Numbered from the stretch's first letter, positions 24,229 to 33,373 are shown. The stretch: 64,000 nucleotides of DNA from Acidobacteriaceae bacterium (GCA_036267095.1 DATAWS010000024.1:21670-85669); one strand, 5' to 3'. Numbers and translations: made by a program. Notes: generated by a model from the sequence alone, not told the origin.

Positions 24229-25491
24229 GTGGCGTTTCTGGGGATGCTGGGCGGGGGTCTGAATTTATGGGGCTACCTGGGGGCTCTGGGGCTTCCGCAG
24301 AGGGTGTGGTTTGCCGACTTTGTGCCGGTTGCGCTGATGTTTGCCCTGGGGGTGTTGCTGGTGCGGGCTCTGGCGCGGCGGGGCGCCCTGTGGAGCGCGT
24401 GGCTGGCGCTGCCGGCGTGTTGGGTGACGTTTGAGTACGTGCGCAATCTGCTGTGGCCGCATGGGAGCGCCGGATCGCTGGCGTATTCGCAACTGAACTT
24501 TCTGCCGTTTCTGCAGCTGGCTTCGCTCACCGGGCCGTGGGGCATGACGTTTGTGCTGCTGCTGTTTCCGGCTGGGCTTGCGCTGGGGATTCATCTGTGG
24601 GGGACGCAGCGGGGGCAGGCGGTGCGGACGCTGGGGGCGACGGTGGCGGTGGTCGCGGTAGTGCTGGTCTTTGGGGCGGTGCGGCTGGGTGGGCGGCAGC
24701 CGGGGCCGGCGGTGCGGGTGGGGATCGTGGCATCGGATCGCGGTCATGGTGTGGTCGATCCGGGCGCGCCGGCGGAACGCCTGTTTGCGCAGTATGCAGA
24801 GGAGGCGCGAGGGCTCATCGCAGAGGGAGCGCAGGTGGTGGTGATGCCGGAGGACCTGGCGGTGATCGTCGATCCCAATATCGCCGCGGCGGATGGGATC
24901 TTGCAGAAGGTCGCGGACGAGAGCGGCGGAATGCTGGTGATTGGGGTGAATCATGTATCGGGCGCAGTGCGGCACAACGAAGCGCGCATCTACGCGCCCG
25001 GTGTTGCGGTGCGGAGCTACGACAAGGAACATTTGCTGCCGCCGTTCGAGAACATATTCACGCCGGGGACTTCGCGGACGTTCTTTGCTGAGCCGGGGGG
25101 GACGTGGGGTGTGGCGATCTGCAAGGATTTCGATTTCACGGAGCCGGCACGGGCTTATGGGCGCGCGGGTGTGGGGCTAATGCTGGCGCCGGCGTGGGAT
25201 TTCCACGTGGACGCTTTCTGGCACGGGCATATCGCGGTGATGCGGGCGGTGGAAGACGGGTTCAGTCTGGTGCGCTCGGCGCGGGGCGGGTTTCTGACGG
25301 CCGCAAACGATCGGGGACGCATTGTGGCCGAGACGGCGAGCGATTCGGCTCCGTTTGCGACGCTGCTGGCGACGGTCCCGGCAGGGCATGAAGGGACGCT
25401 GTTCCAGCTGTGGGGCGACTGGTTCGGATGGGTTGCGGTGGGGCTGCTGGTGCTGGTGCTGATCCGGCTGATGGCCGGGCGGCGGGGGTGA
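24229..25491 (+). CDS. Lnt-like membrane carbon-nitrogen hydrolase (apolipoprotein N-acyltransferase family)
   Basis: 420 aa from GTG. A multi-TM N-terminal half, then a CN-hydrolase domain with the E-K-C triad context (VVVMPEDL, YDKEHLLPPFE, WGVAICKDF) and a C-terminal TM (WVAVGLLVLVLIRL). Confidence 0.75.
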   Translation: MAFLGMLGGGLNLWGYLGALGLPQRVWFADFVPVALMFALGVLLVRALARRGALWSAWLALPACWVTFEYVRNLLWPHGSAGSLAYSQLNFLPFLQLASLTGPWGMTFVLLLFPAGLALGIHLWGTQRGQAVRTLGATVAVVAVVLVFGAVRLGGRQPGPAVRVGIVASDRGHGVVDPGAPAERLFAQYAEEARGLIAEGAQVVVMPEDLAVIVDPNIAAADGILQKVADESGGMLVIGVNHVSGAVRHNEARIYAPGVAVRSYDKEHLLPPFENIFTPGTSRTFFAEPGGTWGVAICKDFDFTEPARAYGRAGVGLMLAPAWDFHVDAFWHGHIAVMRAVEDGFSLVRSARGGFLTAANDRGRIVAETASDSAPFATLLATVPAGHEGTLFQLWGDWFGWVAVGLLVLVLIRLMAGRRG

Positions 25492-25586
25492 TCGGGCGGG
25501 GCGGAAAAGGCCTGGGACGCCTGGGCCATTTATGATCGGGAATTGGCCCTGAGAAGGCCGACATTGTTCCTTTACTGGACTCGATC

Positions 25587-26672
25587 ATGAAAACCGGCAT
25601 TATCGGTCTGCCCCAGGTGGGCAAGACCTCTCTGTTCAAGATTCTGACAAAGGCGAAGCTCGAAGAGCGCGGGTATTCGAATCCGCGGGAAGCGCATTTG
25701 GGCGTGGCGAAAGTTCCGGACGACCGGCTGGACCGGCTGGCGGCGCTTTATAACCCGAAGAAGCTGATCCACGCGACGGTGGAGTACGCGGACGTGGCGG
25801 CGATTGGACAGGAGGCGCTGAAGGAAACGGCGTTCCTGACCAGTCTGCGCAATGTGGATGCGCTGATCCACGTGCTGCGGGCGTTTGAGGACGATGCGAT
25901 TGCGCATGTGGGCGCGATCGATCCGCTGCGGGACGTGAAGAGCGTGGAGTTCGACCTGATGCTCAGCGACCTGACGCAGGTGGAGAAGCGGCTGGAGCGT
26001 CTGGAAAAAGATCTGAAAAAGATGAGGACGGCGGATCTGGAGAAAGAGAATGCTCTGCTGATCCGCTGCAAGGCGTCGCTCGAAGCGGAGAAGCCGCTGC
26101 GCGAGCTGGAAATGACGCCGGAGGAGAGGAAGCTGATCCGGGGATTCATGTTCCTGTCGCAGAAGCCCATTCTGTATGCGCTCAATGTTGGGGAGAGCAC
26201 GACGCTGGGCGCGGACCTGGAAGCGGCTGCGGCGAAGTACGGCTTGAGGGAGATTGCAGCGCGGCCGAATGCGGGCGTGACCGCGTTCTGCGGCAAGGTG
26301 GAAGCCGAGCTGGCGGAGATGGACGAGGAAGAGGTTACGGAGTTTCTGGGATCGTACGGATTGCAGGAGAGCGGGCTGGTGCGGCTGATCCGGCGGAGCT
26401 ACGCGCTGCTGGGACTGATCAGCTTCTTCACGGTGGGCGAGGACGAGTGCCGGGCATGGACGGTGCCGGCGAACTCGCGGGCGCAGGAGGCGGCGGGCGC
26501 GATCCACACCGATCTGGAGAAGCACTTCATCCGGGCGGAGACGATTCACTGGGACACGCTGTTGGCGGCGGGATCGGAAGCGGCGGCGCGGGCGCAGGGA
26601 ACGCTGCGGCTGGAGGGGAAAGATTATCTGGTGCAGGACGGGGACGTGATGCATATACGGCATAGCGGGTAG
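25587..26672 (+). CDS. ychF: redox-regulated ATPase YchF (Obg-like)
   Basis: 361 aa. MKTGIIGLPQVGKTSLFKILT (P-loop), the TGS-like C-terminus ..RAWTVPANSRAQEAAGAIHTDLEKHFIRAE..LRLEGKDYLVQDGDVMHIR. Confidence 0.95.
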   Translation: MKTGIIGLPQVGKTSLFKILTKAKLEERGYSNPREAHLGVAKVPDDRLDRLAALYNPKKLIHATVEYADVAAIGQEALKETAFLTSLRNVDALIHVLRAFEDDAIAHVGAIDPLRDVKSVEFDLMLSDLTQVEKRLERLEKDLKKMRTADLEKENALLIRCKASLEAEKPLRELEMTPEERKLIRGFMFLSQKPILYALNVGESTTLGADLEAAAAKYGLREIAARPNAGVTAFCGKVEAELAEMDEEEVTEFLGSYGLQESGLVRLIRRSYALLGLISFFTVGEDECRAWTVPANSRAQEAAGAIHTDLEKHFIRAETIHWDTLLAAGSEAAARAQGTLRLEGKDYLVQDGDVMHIRHSG

Positions 26673-26799
26673 AGCGGTTCGCTAAAAGGCGGTTCGCCAA
26701 GACGTGGGCTGCTAGGGCCGGTCGGCCAGGAAGCAGTCAGCCAGGAACCGGTCGGCGCAGAGGCAAGCCAGTGACGTGGAGAAGAGCGGGTAGCGAACA

Positions 26800-27528
26800 T
26801 TGCACGGTTTAATTCTTACTTTGGGGTTGGGAAGCCTGGCGGCGATTGCCGATATTGTCGGCGGCGTGGTGCTGGTGCAGCGCAACTGGACTGCGCGCTA
26901 TCTGCGCTACGCGATTGCGCTGGGCGCGGGGTTCATGATGGCGGTTGCCATCCTGGATATGGTGCCGGAGAGCGTGCATTTTTCGCCGCTGTGGGGACCG
27001 GCGCTGGTGCTGGCGGGGTATTGCGTGATCCACCTGATGGAGCATACGATCACGCCGCATTTCCACTACGGCGAAGAGACCCACGAGCATGAATTTCTGC
27101 ACAAACGCACCGGGTGGTCGGTTTTGTGCGGGCTGGCGGCGCATTCCTTCTTCGACGGGGTGGCCATTGCTTCGGGGTTTGCGCTGTCGCAGACGCTGGG
27201 ATGGCTGATCTTCGTGGCCATCATCCTGCACAAGGTGCCGGAGGGGTTCACGGTTGCGTCAGTGATGCTGGCGTCGGGGCAGACGCGGCGGGCCGCGGTG
27301 CTGTCGGCGGTGCTGCTGGCGGCGGCGACGGTGGCGGGCGTGCTGATTATCGGATTCCTGCCGCGGTGGGTGGAAGCGGGGCTCCCGCTGTCGGCGGGAG
27401 TGGCGATCTATGTGGCGGCGACGGACCTGGTGCCCGAGGTGAACCGGGAGCCGGGGATCCGGATGGCGCTGGTTTTCTTTTTGGGGGTGGTGATTTTTTT
27501 GGCGGTGCGGCTGCTGGCGCCGGTGTAA
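26800..27528 (+). CDS. ZIP family metal (Zn/Fe) transporter
   Basis: 242 aa with a TTG start immediately after an in-frame stop. A His-rich loop HFHYGEETHEHEFLH and the ZIP signature ..HSFFDGVAIASGF.. ..ILHKVPEGFTV.. Start codon uncertain. Confidence 0.8.
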   Translation: MHGLILTLGLGSLAAIADIVGGVVLVQRNWTARYLRYAIALGAGFMMAVAILDMVPESVHFSPLWGPALVLAGYCVIHLMEHTITPHFHYGEETHEHEFLHKRTGWSVLCGLAAHSFFDGVAIASGFALSQTLGWLIFVAIILHKVPEGFTVASVMLASGQTRRAAVLSAVLLAAATVAGVLIIGFLPRWVEAGLPLSAGVAIYVAATDLVPEVNREPGIRMALVFFLGVVIFLAVRLLAPV

Positions 27529-27573
27529 GGATCAGGGACCAGGGCGTGCCCTGACACGAAACCCACCCTGCTG

Positions 27574-27975
27574 CTAGTGAAAGAAGAGGCTGTAGAGCAG
27601 GATGAGGAGCACGATGATGCTGACGAGAACGTAGAGGCGGTCTCGTTCGAAGAAGAAGCCGACGACGCACATGCCGACGCGGGCTACCGGCGTGGCGATC
27701 AGGACCAGCAGGCCGAGCATGATGATGGCGCGGGGATCGAAGGCGGCGACGCCATGGAAGACGCCGGAGAGCGTGGTGTAAGCGGGCGGCTCGGCGTGGA
27801 AGTGGGTGTAGTCGGGGCGCGGGGCGGCGTGGGCATGGACGAGGTAGAGGACGCCGCCGATGAGGACGATGGCGGCAGCCAGCAGGACGCCGGTGCGGAG
27901 CATGATGCCGACCCAGGTTTCGACGCGGTGGTCGGTCCAGGCCGTGGCGTGCGGACTGGAGGCGGGCTGGCTCAC
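27574..27975 (-). CDS. DUF1634 domain membrane protein
   Basis: 133 aa with 3-4 TM helices. Classic partner placed 3' of a TauE/SafE gene, with a 4-nt overlap (27972-27975). Confidence 0.7.
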   Translation of the reverse strand: MSQPASSPHATAWTDHRVETWVGIMLRTGVLLAAAIVLIGGVLYLVHAHAAPRPDYTHFHAEPPAYTTLSGVFHGVAAFDPRAIIMLGLLVLIATPVARVGMCVVGFFFERDRLYVLVSIIVLLILLYSLFFH

Positions 27976-28820
27976 AGGAATCCTTTCAGATTGCTGGCGA
28001 TCATCTCGACGCCGAGGGCGACGATGATGAAGGCGAAGACGATCTTGAGGGTGCGGACGTGGACGCGGACAAGGAGGCGGGAGCCGATGAGCGATCCGGC
28101 GAGCACGCCGAGCATGACCGGCATGGCGAGGGCAGGGGCGAGATAGCCGCTGCGCAGGTAGAGTCCGGCGCTGGCCGCGGCGGTGACGCCGATCATGAAA
28201 TTGCTGGTAGTGGTGGAGACTTTGAAGGGCAGGCGCATGGCCTGATCCATGGCAATGACTTTGACGGCGCCGGAGCCGATGCCGAGCAGGCCGGAGAGGA
28301 CACCGGCCGCGGTCATGAGTCCAAAGCCGGCGGGGACATGCTGGGCGACGTAGTCGATGTGGGTGGCTTGACCATCACGCGTGCCGGTGGGCAGGCTGCC
28401 TTTGAGGCGGAGGCGGACGGCCAGCGCGTCGGGATTGCGGGTGAGCACGTCATGGTGCTGTCTGAGCGAGGTGTACGCCGAGTAGAGGAGGACGGCGCCG
28501 AAGACGAGTCCGATGGCGTGGGTGGGGACGCGGGTGGTGAGCCAGGCGCCGACCAGCGCGCCGAGGGTGGTGGCGATTTCGAGGAACATGCCGACGCGGA
28601 TGTTGGAGAAGCCCTCGCGGACATAAGCAGCCGCGGCTCCGGAGGAAGTGGCGATGACGGAGACCAGCGAGGCGCCGATGGCGTAATGGATGTCGACGTG
28701 AAAGACGATCGTGAGGAGGGGAACGATGACCACGCCACCGCCGAGTCCGCTGAGCGCGCCGAGGAGGCCGGCGGCGAGGGCGCTGACGAGGAGGATCAGG
28801 GAAAAGAGGAGAGGATCCAT
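27972..28820 (-). CDS. sulfite exporter TauE/SafE family protein
   Basis: 282 aa. LGALSGLGGGVVIVPLL and the repeated ..LLGIGSGAVKVIAM.. motif are typical of TauE/SafE. Confidence 0.85.
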   Translation of the reverse strand: MDPLLFSLILLVSALAAGLLGALSGLGGGVVIVPLLTIVFHVDIHYAIGASLVSVIATSSGAAAAYVREGFSNIRVGMFLEIATTLGALVGAWLTTRVPTHAIGLVFGAVLLYSAYTSLRQHHDVLTRNPDALAVRLRLKGSLPTGTRDGQATHIDYVAQHVPAGFGLMTAAGVLSGLLGIGSGAVKVIAMDQAMRLPFKVSTTTSNFMIGVTAAASAGLYLRSGYLAPALAMPVMLGVLAGSLIGSRLLVRVHVRTLKIVFAFIIVALGVEMIASNLKGFL

Positions 28821-28828
28821 CGAAGAGA

Positions 28829-28885
28829 CAGGGTATAGGGTACAGCGTCCAGGGTACAGGGTGCGGGTTACAGGGTATAGCAGAG
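28829..28885 (+). repeat. G-rich heptamer tandem array (8 units, consensus YAGGGTA)
   Basis: cagggta tagggta cagcgtc cagggta cagggtg cgggtta cagggta tagcaga. Begins 9 nt from the tauE start codon. Confidence 0.85.
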
Positions 28886-28942
28886 CCGGGAGAGTGGGGC
28901 CGGGAGGTGGGAGCTATGCGAGCCGAGGTCCGGATCGATGGC

Positions 28943-30718
28943 TTATTCGGATATCAGAACAGCGATTGAGTCCGGTGGCAGTGTGAGGGATTCGCCCCCG
29001 AGACGAATCTCTGGCGACGAGGCGAGGGCGAGGGTGGAGTTGGGACGGATGGGGAGTTGGATGGACTTCTGCGCGAGAGAGAAGGCGATGGTGAGGGGGC
29101 CGCGCTCCATGAGGAGCCAGCGCTCTTCTTCGCTGGAATGAATGTGAACCTGGCTGAGGTCGCCGCTGGTGAGCGCGGGTGTGGCGCGGCGGAAAGCGAT
29201 GAGCCCGCGGTACCAGTCGAGCATCGCGGTGTGGGGTGGGTGGGTGCGCTCGTCCCAGTTGAGTTTGGAGCGCTCGAAGGTTGCGGGCGATTGGGGGTCG
29301 GGGACCTGAGCGGGGTCCCAGCCGAAGGCGGCGAATTCTTTTTTGCGGCCTGCGGAGACGAGCTTGCCCAGCTCTTCGTTGTGATTCGTGAAGAACTGGA
29401 AAGGTGAGGACGCGGCCCACTCTTCGCCCTGGAAGATCATTGGCACGAAGGGCGAGGTGAGCACCAGGGCGGCGGCGATTTGCGCGCGGCCAAAGCTGGT
29501 GAGATCGGCAAGGCGCTCGCCTTTGGCGCGGTTGCCGACCTGGTCGTGATTCTGCGCGTAGCCGAGGAAGCGCCAGCCGGGCAGCTGGGGAACGGGGCGG
29601 CCGTGGATGCGATCGCGATGCGCAGAGTAGCGGCCGTCGTAGACGTAGACATCGCGCAGAGATTTGGCAAGGTCGGCGAGGGAGCCGAAGTCGGCGTAGT
29701 AGCCGGCCCGTTCGCCGGTGAGGACGGTGACGAGGGCGTGGTGGAAGTCGTCGCTCCACTGCGCGTCGAGACCATAGCCCAGGCCAGGCGGACCGACGGT
29801 TGGCACGGCGGGGGCGCGCGGGGCTCCTGCATCCCGGGGCATGACGAGGCGCGGATCGTTCAGGTCGCTTTCCGCGATAACGATATAAGGGCGGCCGGCC
29901 GCAGCCTCGAGGGCGTGGACTTCGGCGGCGAGCTGCTCCATGAAATGGATGGCGGAGCGGTCGGTGTAGGCGTGGACGGCGTCGAGGCGGAGGCCGTCGA
30001 AGTGATAGTCGCGGAGCCACATCAGCGCGTTGTCGCAGAAGAAGCGGCGGACCTCGGCGGAGCCGCGATCTTCGAGGTTGACGGCGTCTCCCCAGGGGGT
30101 GTGATGGGCGGCGGTAAAGTAGGGGCCGAATTTGGCCAGGTAATTCCCATCGGGCCCGAGGTGGTTGTAGACGACGTCGAGCAGGACGGCGAGGCCTTTT
30201 GCGTGACAGGCTTCGACGAAGCGTTTGAGCGCGTCGGGACCGCCGTAGGGCTCATGGGGGGCGAAGAGATCGACGCCGTCGTAGCCCCATCCGCGAACGC
30301 CGGGGAAGGTATTGACCGGCATCAGCTCGACGTGGGTGATGCCGAGGTCGCGAAGGGCGTCGAGTTTGGCGCGGGCTGCGTCGAAGGTGCCTTCGGGAGT
30401 GAAGGTGCCGGTATGGACTTCGTACATCACGGCGGTGGGAAGCGGCGGAGGCTGCCAGGCGTGGTCGGTCCAGTGAAAGGCACCGTGGTCGAGGAGGCGC
30501 GAGGGGCGGTGGATGCCGCGGGGCTGCCATGGCGAGCGGGGATCGGGGAGAGCGAGGTTCTCGTCGTCGAGGAGAAAGGCGTAGTCGGAGCCGGGGTGGG
30601 CGGCTTCGACGGTGGCCAGCCACCAGCCGCCGGCGTCGGGCTGCAGCGGAAACGGGGTGCCATCGACCTGGACGCGGACGTGTTTTGCGTTGGGCGCCCA
30701 GAGGCGGAAACGGTGCAT
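28943..30718 (-). CDS. treZ: malto-oligosyltrehalose trehalohydrolase (GH13)
   Basis: 591 aa. MHRFRLWAPNAKHVRVQVDG..., YEVHTGTFTPEGTF, GITHVELMPVNTFPGVRGWGYDGV, VLLDVVYNHLGPDGNYL, DGLRLDAVHA are typical TreZ blocks. Confidence 0.9.
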   Translation of the reverse strand: MHRFRLWAPNAKHVRVQVDGTPFPLQPDAGGWWLATVEAAHPGSDYAFLLDDENLALPDPRSPWQPRGIHRPSRLLDHGAFHWTDHAWQPPPLPTAVMYEVHTGTFTPEGTFDAARAKLDALRDLGITHVELMPVNTFPGVRGWGYDGVDLFAPHEPYGGPDALKRFVEACHAKGLAVLLDVVYNHLGPDGNYLAKFGPYFTAAHHTPWGDAVNLEDRGSAEVRRFFCDNALMWLRDYHFDGLRLDAVHAYTDRSAIHFMEQLAAEVHALEAAAGRPYIVIAESDLNDPRLVMPRDAGAPRAPAVPTVGPPGLGYGLDAQWSDDFHHALVTVLTGERAGYYADFGSLADLAKSLRDVYVYDGRYSAHRDRIHGRPVPQLPGWRFLGYAQNHDQVGNRAKGERLADLTSFGRAQIAAALVLTSPFVPMIFQGEEWAASSPFQFFTNHNEELGKLVSAGRKKEFAAFGWDPAQVPDPQSPATFERSKLNWDERTHPPHTAMLDWYRGLIAFRRATPALTSGDLSQVHIHSSEEERWLLMERGPLTIAFSLAQKSIQLPIRPNSTLALASSPEIRLGGESLTLPPDSIAVLISE

Positions 30719-30771
30719 CGGAATCCTCGCACTTCAATCGTAACGGTTGCTGCTACAAACCGGCTGCGGCG

Positions 30772-32592
30772 TCAGTTTTTTGAGGCTGCTGGCTCTGCAT
30801 GGTGGTGGCGGTGGGCGCGGCGGCGAGCTCCGTCGCGGCCTTCGAGATCGAACGCAGCATTGATGAGAGCGATGTGAGAGAACGCCTGCGGGTAGTTGCC
30901 GACGAGGCGTTTGCGATCGATGTCGTATTCCTCGGAGAGCAGGCCGAGGTCGCTGGAGAGGCTGATGAGGCGCTCGAAGAGTTTGCGGGCGTCGCCTTCG
31001 CGGCCGATGACTTTGAGGCAGCTGACCATCCAGAAGCTGCAGGCGAGAAAGACGCCCTCGCCGGGCGGGAGGCCGTCGTTGACTTTGGACGTGTCGTAGC
31101 GAAGGACGAGGCCGCCCGGCATGAGTTCGCGCTCGATGGCTTCGATGGTGCCGCGCACGCGGGGGTCGGTGGCGGGCAGAAAACCGACCAGGGGCATGAG
31201 GAGCAGGGCGGCATCAAGCTGATCGGAGCCGTAGTCCTGGACGAAGGCGTTTTTCTTCGGGTCGAAGGCTTTTTCGCAGATTTGGCTGTGGATGGTGTCG
31301 CGCAGGTTTTGCCAGCGGGCGATGGGGGCTTTGCAGCCGAGCTTTTCCGCGATAAGGAGAGCGCGATCGAAGGCGACCCAGGCCATCATTTTGGAGTAGG
31401 TGAACTGGCGTGGGCCGCCGCGGGTTTCCCAGATGCCCTCGTCGGGCTGGTCCCAGATTTTCTCGAGGTTTTCGAGGAGCAGGATCATGGAGCGGAATTC
31501 CTGCTCGGTGTTGCGGCCGATGCCGTGCAGCTCGTGGAAGAAGGTATCGAGTAATTCGCCGTAGATATCGAGCTGGACCTGTCCGGCGGCGGCGTTGCCG
31601 ATGCGGACGGGGCGGGAGTTTTCGTAACCCGGGAGCCAGCCGGCTTCCCACTCGACGAGCTGGCGCTCGCCCTTGAGGCCGTACATGATCTGGACCTGAT
31701 CGGGGCTGCCGGCGACGGCGCGCAGCAGCCACTGCTGCCACGCGGCGGCTTCCTCAAAGTAGCCGGCGGTGGTCATGGCGAGCAGAGTGAAGGTGGTGTC
31801 GCGCAGCCAGCAGTAGCGGTAGTCCCAGTTGCGCGGGCCGCCAATGGCCTCGGGCAGAGAAGTGGTCATGGCTGCGACCAGGCCGCCGGTGGGACGGAAG
31901 GTCATGGCCTTGAGGGTGATGACGGAGCGGACGACGGCGTCGCGATACTTGCCTTCGTACTCGAGGGTTGAGGTCCACTTCGTCCAGAACTCGACGGTGT
32001 CCTGGAGGGCCTGGCGGGCGTCGATGGGATCGGGATCGGGCACCCAGGAATCGCCATAGGTGAGGGTGAAGCAGACGCGCTCGCCCTGGTTTACGGTGAA
32101 TTGGGCTTCGGTGGTGAGGTGCTCGCCGTGAACGGGAACGGAGGTATGGAGGACGGCGACGGCGGGACCGGCGACGGCGCGGATGCCGTCCTCGATGGCG
32201 GTGACCCAGGGAACGGTGCGGCCGTAGTCGAAGCGGAGAGCCAGCTCCATGCAGAGATCGACTTTGCCGCGCAGGCCTTCGACGATGCGGACCACGTCGG
32301 AGTTGTGCTCGCGGATGGGCATGAAATCGATGAGGCGGACGGCGCCCTGTTCGGTTTCGAAGGTGGTTTCGAGGATGAGGGAGCGATCGCGGTACTGGCG
32401 GGTGGTGCGAGTGGTATTGGCGGCGGGGCGAATTTGCCAGTAGCCATTGTCGCGAGTGCCGAGCAGGGAGGCAAAGCAGGCGCTGGAAGAGAAGTCGGGC
32501 CAGCAGAGCCAGTCGATGGAGCCTTCGCGACTGACAAGCGCGGCGGTCTCGCAGTCGCCGATAAGGGCGTAGTCTTCGATCTTTGAGGTCAT
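30772..32592 (-). CDS. glycoside hydrolase family 15 protein (glucoamylase/trehalase-type)
   Basis: 606 aa. N-terminus IEDYALIGDCETAALVSREGSIDWLCWPDFSS and ..NWDYRYCWLRDTTFTL.. are hallmark GH15 bacterial blocks. Confidence 0.85.
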   Translation of the reverse strand: MTSKIEDYALIGDCETAALVSREGSIDWLCWPDFSSSACFASLLGTRDNGYWQIRPAANTTRTTRQYRDRSLILETTFETEQGAVRLIDFMPIREHNSDVVRIVEGLRGKVDLCMELALRFDYGRTVPWVTAIEDGIRAVAGPAVAVLHTSVPVHGEHLTTEAQFTVNQGERVCFTLTYGDSWVPDPDPIDARQALQDTVEFWTKWTSTLEYEGKYRDAVVRSVITLKAMTFRPTGGLVAAMTTSLPEAIGGPRNWDYRYCWLRDTTFTLLAMTTAGYFEEAAAWQQWLLRAVAGSPDQVQIMYGLKGERQLVEWEAGWLPGYENSRPVRIGNAAAGQVQLDIYGELLDTFFHELHGIGRNTEQEFRSMILLLENLEKIWDQPDEGIWETRGGPRQFTYSKMMAWVAFDRALLIAEKLGCKAPIARWQNLRDTIHSQICEKAFDPKKNAFVQDYGSDQLDAALLLMPLVGFLPATDPRVRGTIEAIERELMPGGLVLRYDTSKVNDGLPPGEGVFLACSFWMVSCLKVIGREGDARKLFERLISLSSDLGLLSEEYDIDRKRLVGNYPQAFSHIALINAAFDLEGRDGARRRAHRHHHAEPAASKN

Positions 32593-32602
32593 AGGGAGCG
32601 TG

Positions 32603-33373
32603 CTATTGCTCGTGGTAATTGCGGATCAGGCCGCCATCGACGAACCAGGTGGCGCCGGTAACATAAGATGCTTCGTCGGAAGCCAGAAAGGCGACGATAT
32701 TGGCGACGTCGTCGGTGCTGCCGAGGCGGCCGAGGGGGATATTGGCGAGCAGAGCATCGAGTTTGGGCTTGTCGGCGAGCAGGCTTTTGTTGATGGGGGT
32801 AACGATGGCGCCGGGGGCGATGTTGTTGATGGTGATGCCGAGAGGTCCGAGCTCGACGGTAAGGTTGCGCATCATCATACGCATGCCGCCCTTGCTGCAG
32901 CAGTAGGTGGTGAAGCCGGGGAAGGCCATGTCCTCGTGGACGGAGCTGATGTTGATGATGCGGCCGGGCTTTTTGGTATCGCGCAGGCGGCGGACGAAGG
33001 CCTGGGCGAGGAAGAAGGGTCCCTTGAGGTTGACGGCCATGACGTGGTCGAATTCTTCTTCGGGGGTATCCCAGAAATCGGAGCGCTTTTCCATGCCGGC
33101 GTTGTTGACGAGGATGTCGGCGGAGCCGAATTGCTTCCAGGCGGTATCGACGAGGCGCTGGAGGTCCGCCATTTTGGTGACGTCGGCGCAAATGATGTGG
33201 CCCTGGCCGCCATGAGCTTCGATATGCTTCAGCGTATCTTCGGCGCCCTTGTCGCTGCCGCGGTAATCGATGATGACTTTGGCGCCCTCGGCGCCGAGGC
33301 GCTTGGCGATGCCCTGGCCGATGCCGGAGCCCGCGCCGGTGACGATGGCGACTTTTCCGTGAAGACGCTGCAT
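32603..33373 (-). CDS. SDR family glucose 1-dehydrogenase
   Basis: 256 aa from the internal ATG (cat at 33371-33373). KVAIVTGAGSGIGQGIA, NNAG, ISSVHE...YCCSKGGM, NNIAPGAIVTPIN closely parallel Bacillus glucose 1-dehydrogenase blocks. Confidence 0.75.
   Translation of the reverse strand: MQRLHGKVAIVTGAGSGIGQGIAKRLGAEGAKVIIDYRGSDKGAEDTLKHIEAHGGQGHIICADVTKMADLQRLVDTAWKQFGSADILVNNAGMEKRSDFWDTPEEEFDHVMAVNLKGPFFLAQAFVRRLRDTKKPGRIINISSVHEDMAFPGFTTYCCSKGGMRMMMRNLTVELGPLGITINNIAPGAIVTPINKSLLADKPKLDALLANIPLGRLGSTDDVANIVAFLASDEASYVTGATWFVDGGLIRNYHEQ

Noticed and set aside
28829-28885. Considered whether the periodic G-rich arrays could be a CRISPR array or telomere-like end.
   Set aside because: The period is 7 nt with no spacers, no cas genes are in the window, and the arrays are only 20-60 nt long inside ordinary intergenic spacers. 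They are microsatellite-like repeats, not CRISPR.
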